DNA of 61,088 nucleotides, counting the filler. It is 4 parts of 4 records of this genome, joined end to end, with 100 filler letters (N's around TTAATTAATTAA, not from the genome) between each part and the next. Parts side by side here need not be neighbours in the genome. Positions count along the whole stretch, not along the records: positions 18,555 to 45,540 come from SRR20825010_6615; positions 45,641 to 56,465 come from SRR20825010_6618; 2 more parts are not named here. One strand, 5' to 3'. Positions 41,540 to 51,121 of the stretch are shown here, piece after piece (position 1 is the stretch's first letter; every line of letters starts with the position of its first letter). The notes beneath the pieces are model-generated. The model made no database searches. It was not told the DNA's origin and worked only from the letters and a program-made list of their open reading frames with translations. The position numbers and the translations under genes are program-made.

Positions 41540-41711
41540 AAATTTAATTCTATAGTAAATATAGGATTTTTCCTACATATAATATATTTTAATCCTTGTT
41601 TCCCTACACGCCTAATTAATTAAAATTAAGTGCTTTCTAGCAATTTTTTTCCGTTAGCCTGTAACAAACTGATTCAAATAGCGTTATATAGGCTCATCAA
41701 TCTAAATCTTT

Positions 41712-42812
41712 ATGTTACAACGTTTTTTCATCTTCTGCTCTGGTGCAGATACTGCTATTTTAAATGAATGCTCTCCAGGCGAACGTACAAAATACGCAGG
41801 TATTGGAGCCACCGTTTTCTTTACAGCAGTGATGGCTACAATTGCAGCTGCATATGCACTATACACTGTTTTCGACACTTATTTTTCAGCTATATTTTTC
41901 GGAGTTATTTGGGGATTATTAATATTCAATCTAGACCGTTTTATAGTTTCCACCATCAAAAAACGAAATAGCTTTTTTGACGAATTAATACAAGCTTCTC
42001 CTCGAATTGCATTGGCAATAATTATCGCTATTGTGATTTCAAAACCATTGGAGATGAAAATTTTTGAAAAAGAAATTAATCAAGTATTACTTACAGAAAA
42101 AAATGAAATGACGCTCGCCAACAAAGACCAATTGGCGCTACAATTTACGCCTTCTGTTAAGGCTTTAGAAACGGAAATTCAAGGGTTGAAAAATGAAATA
42201 ATCACTAAAGAAAGTGAGGTAAATACACTTTATGAAACCTATATCGCTGAAGCTGAAGGTCGAAAAGGTACTGAAAAGCTTGGCAAAGGACCCGTTTATA
42301 AAGAAAAAAGAGAAAAACATGATGCCGAACTCGCTGCCTTAACTGATTTAAAAAAAGCAAATGCTGAAAAAATAATCGCAGCCGAAGCCAAAATTGCAGA
42401 TCTTTCAACCGAATACAACACTAAAGTTGCCAATACGCAGCCTGTAATTGATGGGTTTGATGGTTTGATGGCACGAGTTGATGCATTAAATAAACTACCG
42501 TGGTTGCCATCTCTTTTTATCTTTTTATTGTTTTTGGCTATTGAAACTTCACCAATTCTAGCAAAATTATTATCCCCAAAAGGCGCATACGATTTAAAGC
42601 TCGAGGAACAAGAAAGTGCCTTAAAATCATGGGTAACGCAACAAAAATCGCAACGCGATATATTAGTAACTACAGACCGAGACATCAATAACCGCGTGTA
42701 TGCAGATATTTCTGAAGAACAAGAACTTTACGATTACAAGCGCAAAAAAGCGCGAGAATTGATGCAATTACAAGCTGATGCCTTTTATAAGAAACAAAAA
42801 GGTGTTTTATAA
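41712..42812 (+). CDS. DUF4407 membrane/coiled-coil protein
   Basis: CSGAD, YAGIGATVFFTA, IFNLDRFIV, ISKPLEMKIF, EAEG..GT.K.GKGP, IETSPI. Confidence 0.85.
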   Translation: MLQRFFIFCSGADTAILNECSPGERTKYAGIGATVFFTAVMATIAAAYALYTVFDTYFSAIFFGVIWGLLIFNLDRFIVSTIKKRNSFFDELIQASPRIALAIIIAIVISKPLEMKIFEKEINQVLLTEKNEMTLANKDQLALQFTPSVKALETEIQGLKNEIITKESEVNTLYETYIAEAEGRKGTEKLGKGPVYKEKREKHDAELAALTDLKKANAEKIIAAEAKIADLSTEYNTKVANTQPVIDGFDGLMARVDALNKLPWLPSLFIFLLFLAIETSPILAKLLSPKGAYDLKLEEQESALKSWVTQQKSQRDILVTTDRDINNRVYADISEEQELYDYKRKKARELMQLQADAFYKKQKGVL

Positions 42813-42880
42813 TTTTATTCAATACCTTTTTTTTGAAGTAGAATTGCGATGTTTGTATTGAATAAAGCATCCTTATAAAA

Positions 42881-43588
42881 ATGTCTGAAAGTAATTTAAT
42901 CCGCCTAACAGAATTTAAAAATATCGCTAAAAATGAAGCTGTTTCACTTCAAGTATTATTTCCTGAAATAGTATTTTCAAATGTACTTAAAATGGATATG
43001 AATACAGCGCTTTCACCAGACTCCAATTACGATACTGTTTTAGAATTAGGAAAAACAATTGCTACAATACAGCTTAAAAACCCAGAGTCACTGCTAGCCA
43101 ATGGCTATCTTGAAAAACGGAAGTTTTATACCACCGATGCTTATAAAAGAACCATCGAAGATAAAACTGAATACCGAAATATTCATTTAGGCACAGACTT
43201 TTGGGTGCAAGAAAATACAACTGTTTGCGCTCCATTTGCTGGAAAAATCGCGATTAAACACAACAATAATTTTCCAAAAGATTACGGCCCTACGTTGGTT
43301 TTAGAACACACCTTTGAGAACTTAAAATTCTATACCCTTTACGGACATCTTTCAAGAAAAAGTTTGGATTTTCATAAAGAAGGAGACTTTCTAAAAGCTG
43401 GAGATTTTCTTGGTCACATTGGAACTGCTAAAGAAAATGGAGGCTGGGAACCACACCTACACTTTCAAGTGATGTTAGATTTATTGGGGAACACCACCAA
43501 TTTTCCTGGAGTTGCATTTCCGTCTGAAATTGAAAAGTGGAAAAATATTTGCCCAGATCCTTCGCTACTTTTTACTGAAAATTTTTAA
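42881..43588 (+). CDS. M23-family metallopeptidase
   Basis: HLGTD, DYGP, YTLYGHL, ENGGWEPHLHFQ. Confidence 0.88.
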   Translation: MSESNLIRLTEFKNIAKNEAVSLQVLFPEIVFSNVLKMDMNTALSPDSNYDTVLELGKTIATIQLKNPESLLANGYLEKRKFYTTDAYKRTIEDKTEYRNIHLGTDFWVQENTTVCAPFAGKIAIKHNNNFPKDYGPTLVLEHTFENLKFYTLYGHLSRKSLDFHKEGDFLKAGDFLGHIGTAKENGGWEPHLHFQVMLDLLGNTTNFPGVAFPSEIEKWKNICPDPSLLFTENF

Positions 43589-43607
43589 AAAACTAAACGC
43601 TATTCTC

Positions 43608-44036
43608 ATGAAAAACATATTGCTACTTTTTATAATTATTATGTCGCTTAACAGCGTTGCACAAACTGAAGTTGAAGATAAAAAAGCAATTCTAACGGTT
43701 TTAAAAACACAGGAAGATGCGTGGAATCAGAATAATCTTGAAGAATTTATGCATGGGTATTGGAAAAGCGATTCTTTAAAATTTTATGGTAGTAAAGGAG
43801 TTACATTTGGTTGGCAAAACACATTGAATAATTACCTAAAAGGGTATCCGACGAAAGAATATACTGGAACACTTTCATTTACAATTGATGCTATTACCAA
43901 AATTGAAGACGCTTCATATTATGTGATGGGGCAATTTCATTTGGTGCGAAATGCAGGAAATGCAAATGGTGTTTTTTTAATTATTTTCAGAAAAATAGAA
44001 GGTGAATGGAAAATTATTGCAGATTTAAGCTGTTAA
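43608..44036 (+). CDS. Secreted NTF2/SnoaL-like (DUF4440/YybH) protein
   Basis: Signal peptide; QEDAWN..LEEFM.GYWKSDSL.F, GEWKIIAD. Confidence 0.85.
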   Translation: MKNILLLFIIIMSLNSVAQTEVEDKKAILTVLKTQEDAWNQNNLEEFMHGYWKSDSLKFYGSKGVTFGWQNTLNNYLKGYPTKEYTGTLSFTIDAITKIEDASYYVMGQFHLVRNAGNANGVFLIIFRKIEGEWKIIADLSC

Positions 44037-45028
44037 TTTCCTTGTATCCGCTCCCAAAGATTTGAAAGTATTTTTTTGGCATCGCGCGTATCTTTAGGCT
44101 CTTCCGTTACTTTTAGTACTCCATCCTCTTTTTTAAGTAAAAAACTAAAGGCATATTTAGCTTCAGAATGATCTGCGCTCAACATTCCAAAACGAAGATC
44201 ATTTAAATAAACCCCATCTTCTCTTTCAGAAACAGTATACCATCCTTGTGTAATTTTTATAAGCCGTTGTACACGCTCTTCATTTCTTATACTTCCTAAG
44301 GCTTCGTGATTTTTGGGATGTACTGAAAACTGGATTGGTTTTGTATCAAAAAAAGAATAATCGCCTATTAAAAAGGCATCATCCGTTTCCACATTAGCCG
44401 TCCATAAAATAGTATTCATCGGGCTAGGCTTTGTTTCCAATGCAGCGTATTCTATATTTTGATTGTTAAGTGCTGCTTCAAATTTATAATAGGAAACTCC
44501 CTTTAAAATTAAGGTAAGTAGCATATAAGCACTACTCACAATTAAGCCGAGATTATTAAATTTTCTCCTTTTAAAACTTTCTCTTTTTTGAAACATTGCC
44601 AGAAGCAAAAACGTAAGAAAAGGCAATGTGAACAAAGGGTCAATCACAAAAATATTTTTATACGCCAGCCGTAAATCAAAAGGCCAAAATAATTGTGTTC
44701 CCCATGTGGTATGTGCGTCAAGCAATGGATGTGTAACAAAACATAAAAACCAAAACCAAAACCACTCTTTTACAGAAGCGCGTTTATCCCAAAGTGATAG
44801 TAACCAACCAAAAAGCAATCCAAAAACTATTGCAAAAACAATGGAATGTGTAAAACCTCGATGAATTTCTAATGCCGAAACGGTGTCAGTAAAATTAGTA
44901 GCAATTACATCTAAATCTGGAATAGTGCCGGCAATAGCTCCTAAAACCATCGCTTTATTACCAATTTTTTTTCCTAAAACTGCTTCGCCAACTGCGGCGC
45001 CCAATACTATCTGTGTTACTGAATCCAT
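44033..45028 (-). CDS. YdjM-family membrane metal-dependent hydrolase
   Basis: MDSVTQIVLGAA, PDLD, HRGFTHS, THPLLD..T.WGT, IDPLFTLP, DLRFG. Confidence 0.88.
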   Translation of the reverse strand: MDSVTQIVLGAAVGEAVLGKKIGNKAMVLGAIAGTIPDLDVIATNFTDTVSALEIHRGFTHSIVFAIVFGLLFGWLLSLWDKRASVKEWFWFWFLCFVTHPLLDAHTTWGTQLFWPFDLRLAYKNIFVIDPLFTLPFLTFLLLAMFQKRESFKRRKFNNLGLIVSSAYMLLTLILKGVSYYKFEAALNNQNIEYAALETKPSPMNTILWTANVETDDAFLIGDYSFFDTKPIQFSVHPKNHEALGSIRNEERVQRLIKITQGWYTVSEREDGVYLNDLRFGMLSADHSEAKYAFSFLLKKEDGVLKVTEEPKDTRDAKKILSNLWERIQGN

Positions 45029-45038
45029 TTTAATAATT

Positions 45039-45540
45039 TTAATCTACTATTTCCATTTTTTTCAGTAAAAACGAAGCATTCATATTTTGGCAAATACCAG
45101 GTTTAAACTTATAATCGAAAAAGAGTTCGTTATTTTCAATGCGTGCATCAAAATAATAGTTTTTAACATCCGAAAGTTCTTCAGAAACTGTACAAAGGCT
45201 TAAATCGTGTGTTGCAATAATACCAGTGGAGTTACTAGCAACAAGCTTTTCAACAAACTTCTTAGACCCAATTGCTTTATCTGTGCTGTTTGTTCCTTTT
45301 AAAATTTCATCTAAAATTATAAAATAACGATTGGTTTTTATTTCGTCTACAATAAATTTTAAACGCTTTAATTCACTGAAAAAATACGATTCATCATCCG
45401 TTAAACTATCAGTAGTACGCATACTCGTTATTAGTTTAATCGGGTTGTATTCTGCAGTTTCAGCACAAACAGGCAATCCCATATTTCCCATTACTATTTG
45501 GAGTGAAACAGTTCTTAAAAAAGTACTTTTTCCAGCCATA
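45039..45540 (-). CDS. MutS-related ATPase domain V (5'-truncated), not canonical MutS
   Basis: MAGKSTFLR, DSL.DDESYFFSELKRL, ILDEILKGTNS, IATHDL, FDYK. Confidence 0.85.
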
Positions 45541-45640
45541 NNNNNNNNNNNNNNNNNNNNNNNNNNNNNNNNNNNNNNNNNNNNTTAATTAATTAANNNN
45601 NNNNNNNNNNNNNNNNNNNNNNNNNNNNNNNNNNNNNNNN
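45541..45640. other. Artificial contig linker
   Basis: 44 N + TTAATTAATTAA + 44 N. Confidence 0.98.
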
Positions 45641-45642
45641 GC

Positions 45643-46776
45643 CTTGTTTGGAGGCTTTATTACCTGGAGAAATTTAAAAACAGCGACTTGAGTCCGGCTC
45701 AGCTTGACCTGATAAAAACGGATATGACCAACCTGCGTGCGACCGGATTAAAATGCGTTATTAGGTTCGCATATACCAACAATGGCGATGACGGTACAGA
45801 TGCCCCTATCAACATTGTAGAAGGGCATTTGGATCAGTTAAAACCTATTTTTCAGGAAAATGCCGATGTGATTGCTTTTGTAAATGCAGGTTTGGTGGGC
45901 CTATGGGGAGAATGGCATTCGTCCACCAATAACCTCACTGATCTGGATAATCAAAAACGGATTGTAGCTAAACTTCTGGAAGTGCTACCCACAGAAATAA
46001 AGATTCAATTGAGAACGCCAAAGCAAAAAAGAGAAGTATTTGGAGTGACGGATGCACTAACGGATGAAGTTGGTTATTCGGATGTGGACATTGCTCGTGT
46101 GGGTCATCACAACGATTGTTTTATGGCAAGCTACGATGACTATGGAACGTATGGCAATCCTACCACGGACAAAAACTATATCAGCCAAGAAGCATTGTAC
46201 GTACCAACAGGTGGCGAAACCTGCCCGCCTTCCGGCATTGATCCGGCAGATTGCGAAACAGCCAGAGAAACCATGTCCCTACTCAAATGGACTTACCTAA
46301 ATCTGGACTGGTATAAACCTATTCTTGATGGCTGGAGAAGTGAAGAATGCTTTGATGAATTCGAAAGAAATATGGGTTATCGATTAGTATTGGCCTCCTC
46401 ACAAATGGATACGGTGATTTCTAAAAAAGATGAGTTTCAAACAAAAATCGAAATTAATAACGTCGGATGGGCACCTGTTTACAACAAAAAAACCTGCTTA
46501 ATTGTGCTAAAATCCACAACCGACAATTCCGAGTTTAGTCTTGCCCTGAATACAGACATACGCAGAGCAGTGCCGGGAGGCACATTCTTAATTGATGAAG
46601 AACTGGATCTCTCCGACGTAGCTCCGGGAACCTATCTCATGTATTTAAAAATTGGTGATCAATTCGAAAGCATTTCGAACCGACCTGAGTATTGCATTCA
46701 ATTAGCCAATGAAAATCTTTGGGATTTGGTGTCTGGCCTTAATAGTCTGGATAGATTATTGACTATAACTGAATAA
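45643..46776 (+). CDS. DUF4874/DUF4832 putative glycoside hydrolase (5'-truncated)
   Basis: Frame open from the contig start (LVWRLYYLEKF); GLK.VIRFAY, AG.VG.WGEWH, RVGHHNDCF, GGETC, MGYR, N.GWAP.YN. Confidence 0.82.
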   Translation, partial: LVWRLYYLEKFKNSDLSPAQLDLIKTDMTNLRATGLKCVIRFAYTNNGDDGTDAPINIVEGHLDQLKPIFQENADVIAFVNAGLVGLWGEWHSSTNNLTDLDNQKRIVAKLLEVLPTEIKIQLRTPKQKREVFGVTDALTDEVGYSDVDIARVGHHNDCFMASYDDYGTYGNPTTDKNYISQEALYVPTGGETCPPSGIDPADCETARETMSLLKWTYLNLDWYKPILDGWRSEECFDEFERNMGYRLVLASSQMDTVISKKDEFQTKIEINNVGWAPVYNKKTCLIVLKSTTDNSEFSLALNTDIRRAVPGGTFLIDEELDLSDVAPGTYLMYLKIGDQFESISNRPEYCIQLANENLWDLVSGLNSLDRLLTITE

Positions 46777-46971
46777 TAAACATCCTGGAATAAGGGCACA
46801 CGATCCATCTCAATTCAATTCGAAAGTTTAAGACTAGTTATTCTTATTATTATCAAAATACAAGAATTACTATCTTTCATTTTATTACTATTTTCAAGAT
46901 ATATCTTTTGTTTTATTTTTTAATCGTATATTAGAGTAGGGTTAAATTTATTATTAATAAAAGATTAAACT

Positions 46972-47829
46972 ATGAAAAAAGCGGTATTAATGAAAAGTAC
47001 ACTTATGATGTTGGTTCTCGGACTTGGATTCGGACTAGCCTCGTGCGGTGGAGATGACGAGAAAACACCAGCCCCTAAGGCTGACTTCACATTTACTGTT
47101 TCTGGCGAAACAGTCACCTTTGTAAATACATCTACGGACGCGGATACCTATGCATGGGATTTCGGCGATGGAAACACAGCCACAAGCGAAAGCCCTGCAT
47201 ATACGTACGAAAGTGTGGGAGCTTATGTGGTAAAACTTACGGCTACCAGCGCCGTGGGTTCGGATGAAAAATCGGCAGCCATTGAAGTAAAAGTTTTCAT
47301 CACCATAGATGGCAACATGTCCGATTGGGATGAGGTGGCAGCACTTTCAACCAGAAACTCAGAAAACACGGGAATTCTGAAAACAGTGAAGGCCACCTCC
47401 GACTTGGACTATATCTATTTCTATATGGAGGGAGACGCTTCCATTTATGGATTCGTGCAGCTCTATTTTAACGCTGACAATGATGCTACCACTGGCTGGG
47501 CACCTGAAGAACACCCAGTGTCAGGTGCTGATTTCGAATTGGATGCTGGCGAAGCAGGCGAATTCTGGCCTTGGATTGGCGAAGATGGCACTCCGGATTG
47601 GAATTTTGAAGGAGATGTGATCGACGATGCAACCTTGTATTTGCCAGCTATCAAAACAGGGAATGCTGTTGAATTTGCCATTAAAAGAGAAACCACGTTG
47701 TTGAAATTGGCCAACGTTGATAAGATCTCATTCGCTCTGGGCGATGTGGATTTAAGTGTTGATTGGGAAGAACATGGCTACCTACCAAACCCCGGTGAAG
47801 ATTATATTGAATTGGAACTGTTTAAATAG
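46972..47829 (+). CDS. Lipoprotein with PKD domain and C-terminal IDG..SDW beta-sandwich domain
   Basis: Lipobox LASC; ADFTF..FVNTS..YAWDFGDG..P.YTY; ITIDGNMSDW...YFNADNDATTG. Confidence 0.85.
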   Translation: MKKAVLMKSTLMMLVLGLGFGLASCGGDDEKTPAPKADFTFTVSGETVTFVNTSTDADTYAWDFGDGNTATSESPAYTYESVGAYVVKLTATSAVGSDEKSAAIEVKVFITIDGNMSDWDEVAALSTRNSENTGILKTVKATSDLDYIYFYMEGDASIYGFVQLYFNADNDATTGWAPEEHPVSGADFELDAGEAGEFWPWIGEDGTPDWNFEGDVIDDATLYLPAIKTGNAVEFAIKRETTLLKLANVDKISFALGDVDLSVDWEEHGYLPNPGEDYIELELFK

Positions 47830-47860
47830 TTGTTTTCTCATTTTTAGTTTGTTTAGAATT

Positions 47861-47891
47861 AGTCGCCCTCAACTTGGGGGCGACTTTTTTT
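47861..47891 (+). terminator. Rho-independent terminator
   Basis: AGTCGCCCTC-AACTT-GGGGGCGACT followed by a T run. Confidence 0.85.
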
Positions 47892-48186
47892 ATCAACATC
47901 CGCGGAAGTAAATCAAGATTTTGTCACCACACTCCTTTTGATCCAACGATTCAGATGAACAACTCCTTATAAACCTGAAATAGACACAAGTACCTACTAA
48001 GTCATTCCCGCTAGACCTCTATTCAAAAGCCAGCCCTCACTGGATCAAAATCACCAAATTGAATTCAGTTTCTCATACCCACAGGATAAAAACCAAAGAC
48101 CTTCATCGACCTGAATCACTCTCACCCGGTCTATTCCCTTTGGCTTGGTTAAAATCACTGGCAACTAAAACCCAACTTTTTAGAAT

Positions 48187-48218
48187 AAAAAAGCCATCCT
48201 GGTTTCAGGATGGCTTTT
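48187..48218 (-). terminator. Rho-independent terminator of the beta-helix gene
   Basis: AAAAAAGCCATCCTG-GTTT-CAGGATGGCTTTT. Confidence 0.85.
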
Positions 48219-48252
48219 GAAAAAATACAATTACTAAATACTATCGCCCGAA

Positions 48253-50865
48253 TTATTTAACGATGATCCTTTGTGTAAAAGATTGTTCTCCTGAATTAAA
48301 ACGCAATACCAGGATGCCCTTTGGTAAATCCAACGCAGAAATATTAAGGTTTTGCTTTCCCTTCGGTTGCAATTCATTTAAGTGAAAATACCGAACCCCA
48401 TTCAAACCAAAGACCTCCACATCAACTACCGCATCTGAAATCAGGTTATAACTTATATTCAGCTTATCAACCACCGGGTTGGGATAGATCGAATAGCCGA
48501 ATTCACTCAAATCCTCAGCCTGTGTTATCTGAGCAATTTTCCTCGACGAGCTACCTGGTTCTACACGGATTCCATAAATGGAGCCTGCACTATCGAAGAC
48601 CATGAACCCAACTTCCTCATTTCCATGAGAAACCTCATTATCATTTGATTTTTCTTCTTCCACCTTTATTTCAACCTCATCTTCAAGCAAATAGCGATAC
48701 CTTAAAGCAGCCGGATTGTTGTCATTTGTTGTTTGCATATGCGCAAATAGCATTGGTACATCGTAGGTATTGTTGAAATAGACTTCATAAAATATGTGAT
48801 CATAGTCCGCGTCAGTCCCATCCACTTCAAAAGATCTTCCGGCATTTCCCGAACCTTCAGTTAGCGCTATCCACGAAACAGTTTCAGTGCCATGAGAAGC
48901 CGCGTTAGCTTCTTCCTCCTGCACTTTCAGTTCGAAAGCCGTCGAGTCAATGTATCGGATTCTGGTTGCAATCGCAGTGGTGTCATTAAAGCTTACAGCC
49001 TGAGCAAAGACCAAAGGCACGGTTTCAAAATCTGCTGGAAAATCAACAGAACTCCATGAATTTGTTATTTGAGAATTTCCTGCCTGAAGGGTGACTCCAC
49101 CATCCAATTCATACATTCCTTCCTCCACAACCATATAGAAGAAAGTTTCAGTGGAATGCGCTCCATCCAAATAATCCCATTCGTCAATTTGATAGTCAAA
49201 GGAGTAGGAAGTTACATTTTTAACCCGAAGAGTTGCGGGGCTGCTATTACCAAAACTCAATGGACTCATAATCACTACAGGAGAATTGTAATAATTGGTT
49301 AGGTAAACGGTGTGCCACTGACCAGCGCCTGCCTGAGAAGCAGTAATACTGGCTGTTTCGCCAAAGGCATTGGTCAGGTAAAAGTTTGGAGCTGGCGCGG
49401 TTTGAGTAGAGTTCGACTCTTGAGCTCCAATATCAGCGATTGTTGAAGCATATTTACGTGCCCCACCGTCACGATCCAATTCGCCACTCAGAAGGGTCGT
49501 GGAAGGATCGCCTGCGTTTGCCGCTCGCGATGTAGTGGATATATTCAATTCACCACTAAAACCCGGGTCACCAAAATGTGAATGCGCATTACCTGACAAC
49601 ATACTACCACCGGAAATAACCAGATCGGCCGTCGACTCATTGGCACGATAAAAAAGATTGTAGTCCATGATAAAATCATCCACTTCTTTACCTGAGGCCG
49701 AGACAATACCACGCGCATCGTTTCCGATATAAATGATGTTATTAAAGAATTTATTAAAGCGGCTGTTTTGTAAAAACACCTCATAATCGTTAGAGGTATT
49801 TGCCACACCATTTTTATAAAACGTGTTGTTCTTAACCACACAGCTGTCCACAGAACTTGGGCCCTGTTCCGATTCTTCAGAGGTACTGCTTCCAAGGAAC
49901 ATTCCCGACTCTTTGTTATCCCTGAAGATGTTATTCATTACAGTAACATGTGAAGCAGTATTTCCTCCACCAACTTCACATCCAATAGAAATACCAGCGC
50001 CGCAAGCGGTCACAATGTTTCTTTCGATAATAACATCACGGCATCCGTCGCAATAAATACCAGCGGCTGTCGCAATTGGCGAGATCGCATTGGTCACTGT
50101 ATTATTCCTGATTCGTCCGTTTCGGGCCTGATTCAATGAATCTGCCAGCGGATCATTCGTATCCCAGTCCAGCACCCAGCTAAAATGACCGGCCACATCA
50201 ATACCGATGTTGGTGATATCAGCCAAATAATTATCGGCGATCAGAAAACCGTCCACATTGCCAATAATGGTGATACTTTCACTCCAGCCTGTAATGCAGT
50301 TAGTCACAGCATTTCCTGTAATGTTAATATTGGTATAACTAGCATCATTCTTATTTCCCAATACCAGAATAGCATGAGCACCGTAACCTCCTGGTGCTAT
50401 GGCAGTATCAGAGGCAGACCATCCAATGTTGGTGAAAACACAATTTTTGATGGTCACGTTATCACCTTTTCCCCACACATAGATCCCGCGTGATCCATTT
50501 CCAAAATTCTGACTAAATGTGATATCCTGAACAGTGACGTTCGTGGCATTTTTCAGTACCATCAAGTTAAAACCAGCTGTTGCAGGATCTGTGCTACCTT
50601 GAATCGTAGCTCCAGAACCCCAGGACCCAATCGTCAGGTTGGTGTTTTCAAGATAAATCTGCTCAGTGCGGGAAAAAGTACCAGCAAGCAAAACCGTATC
50701 ACCTGATCCGGCAGCCCAAAGCCCATATTGGAGATTGTAAGGCAAACTGGTGCTACCAGCTCCTGGAGTGCTCCAGTTATCAACTCCATTCGGAACAACA
50801 TAAATAGTGGTTGCACCGACATTGAGTGCAAACGCAATAAAGAGAGAGAGTAAAGAATTTTTCAT
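48253..50865 (-). CDS. T9SS-secreted right-handed beta-helix protein with three tandem ~90-aa lectin-like repeats
   Basis: Signal peptide; Asn-ladder coils (NIGID..GH, QARNG.IRNN, AAGIYCDG..IIERN); three P-V/L-V/F...R...EE...H..E.V repeats; YSIYPNPV sorting domain. Confidence 0.85.
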   Translation of the reverse strand: MKNSLLSLFIAFALNVGATTIYVVPNGVDNWSTPGAGSTSLPYNLQYGLWAAGSGDTVLLAGTFSRTEQIYLENTNLTIGSWGSGATIQGSTDPATAGFNLMVLKNATNVTVQDITFSQNFGNGSRGIYVWGKGDNVTIKNCVFTNIGWSASDTAIAPGGYGAHAILVLGNKNDASYTNINITGNAVTNCITGWSESITIIGNVDGFLIADNYLADITNIGIDVAGHFSWVLDWDTNDPLADSLNQARNGRIRNNTVTNAISPIATAAGIYCDGCRDVIIERNIVTACGAGISIGCEVGGGNTASHVTVMNNIFRDNKESGMFLGSSTSEESEQGPSSVDSCVVKNNTFYKNGVANTSNDYEVFLQNSRFNKFFNNIIYIGNDARGIVSASGKEVDDFIMDYNLFYRANESTADLVISGGSMLSGNAHSHFGDPGFSGELNISTTSRAANAGDPSTTLLSGELDRDGGARKYASTIADIGAQESNSTQTAPAPNFYLTNAFGETASITASQAGAGQWHTVYLTNYYNSPVVIMSPLSFGNSSPATLRVKNVTSYSFDYQIDEWDYLDGAHSTETFFYMVVEEGMYELDGGVTLQAGNSQITNSWSSVDFPADFETVPLVFAQAVSFNDTTAIATRIRYIDSTAFELKVQEEEANAASHGTETVSWIALTEGSGNAGRSFEVDGTDADYDHIFYEVYFNNTYDVPMLFAHMQTTNDNNPAALRYRYLLEDEVEIKVEEEKSNDNEVSHGNEEVGFMVFDSAGSIYGIRVEPGSSSRKIAQITQAEDLSEFGYSIYPNPVVDKLNISYNLISDAVVDVEVFGLNGVRYFHLNELQPKGKQNLNISALDLPKGILVLRFNSGEQSFTQRIIVK

Positions 50866-51066
50866 AGCATTAAAAATTATTTGAAAGTTAAAGTGATTAA
50901 TAATTCAACTTATCGAAAGTAATTATATTTTTCAATAATTAAAAGAAAGAATAATAATTTATTATATCTTTCGTTTTATTGTTTTTCTATGTAAATTCAA
51001 CACAGAAGACACGTGTTTAATTGAATTCGACCGCTATGCAAAGAAGTGACCGCCTCTAAAAAACAT

Positions 51067-51096
51067 AAAAAAAGCCCGGACAAATTGCCCGGGCTT
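51067..51096 (-). terminator. Rho-independent terminator of the GH109 gene
   Basis: AAAAAAAGCCCGG...CCGGGCTT. Confidence 0.75.
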
Positions 51097-51121
51097 CCAT
51101 TCCGCTTTGATTATCTATTAC

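Noticed and set aside
18555..45540. MutS fragments at both ends of contig B as one split gene or a circular element
   Set aside because: Both fragments contain their own Walker A region with different sequences (MSGKSAILR versus MAGKSTFLR), so they are distinct paralogs.
41712..45540. DUF4407, M23, DUF4440, YdjM and MutS-like block as a novel system
   Set aside because: These look like ordinary, widely conserved flavobacterial genes in mixed orientation, and the sequence shows no sign of a shared function.
47892..48186. 300-bp spacer between two terminators as an ncRNA
   Set aside because: I found no convincing promoter, stable structure, repeat or ORF by eye.
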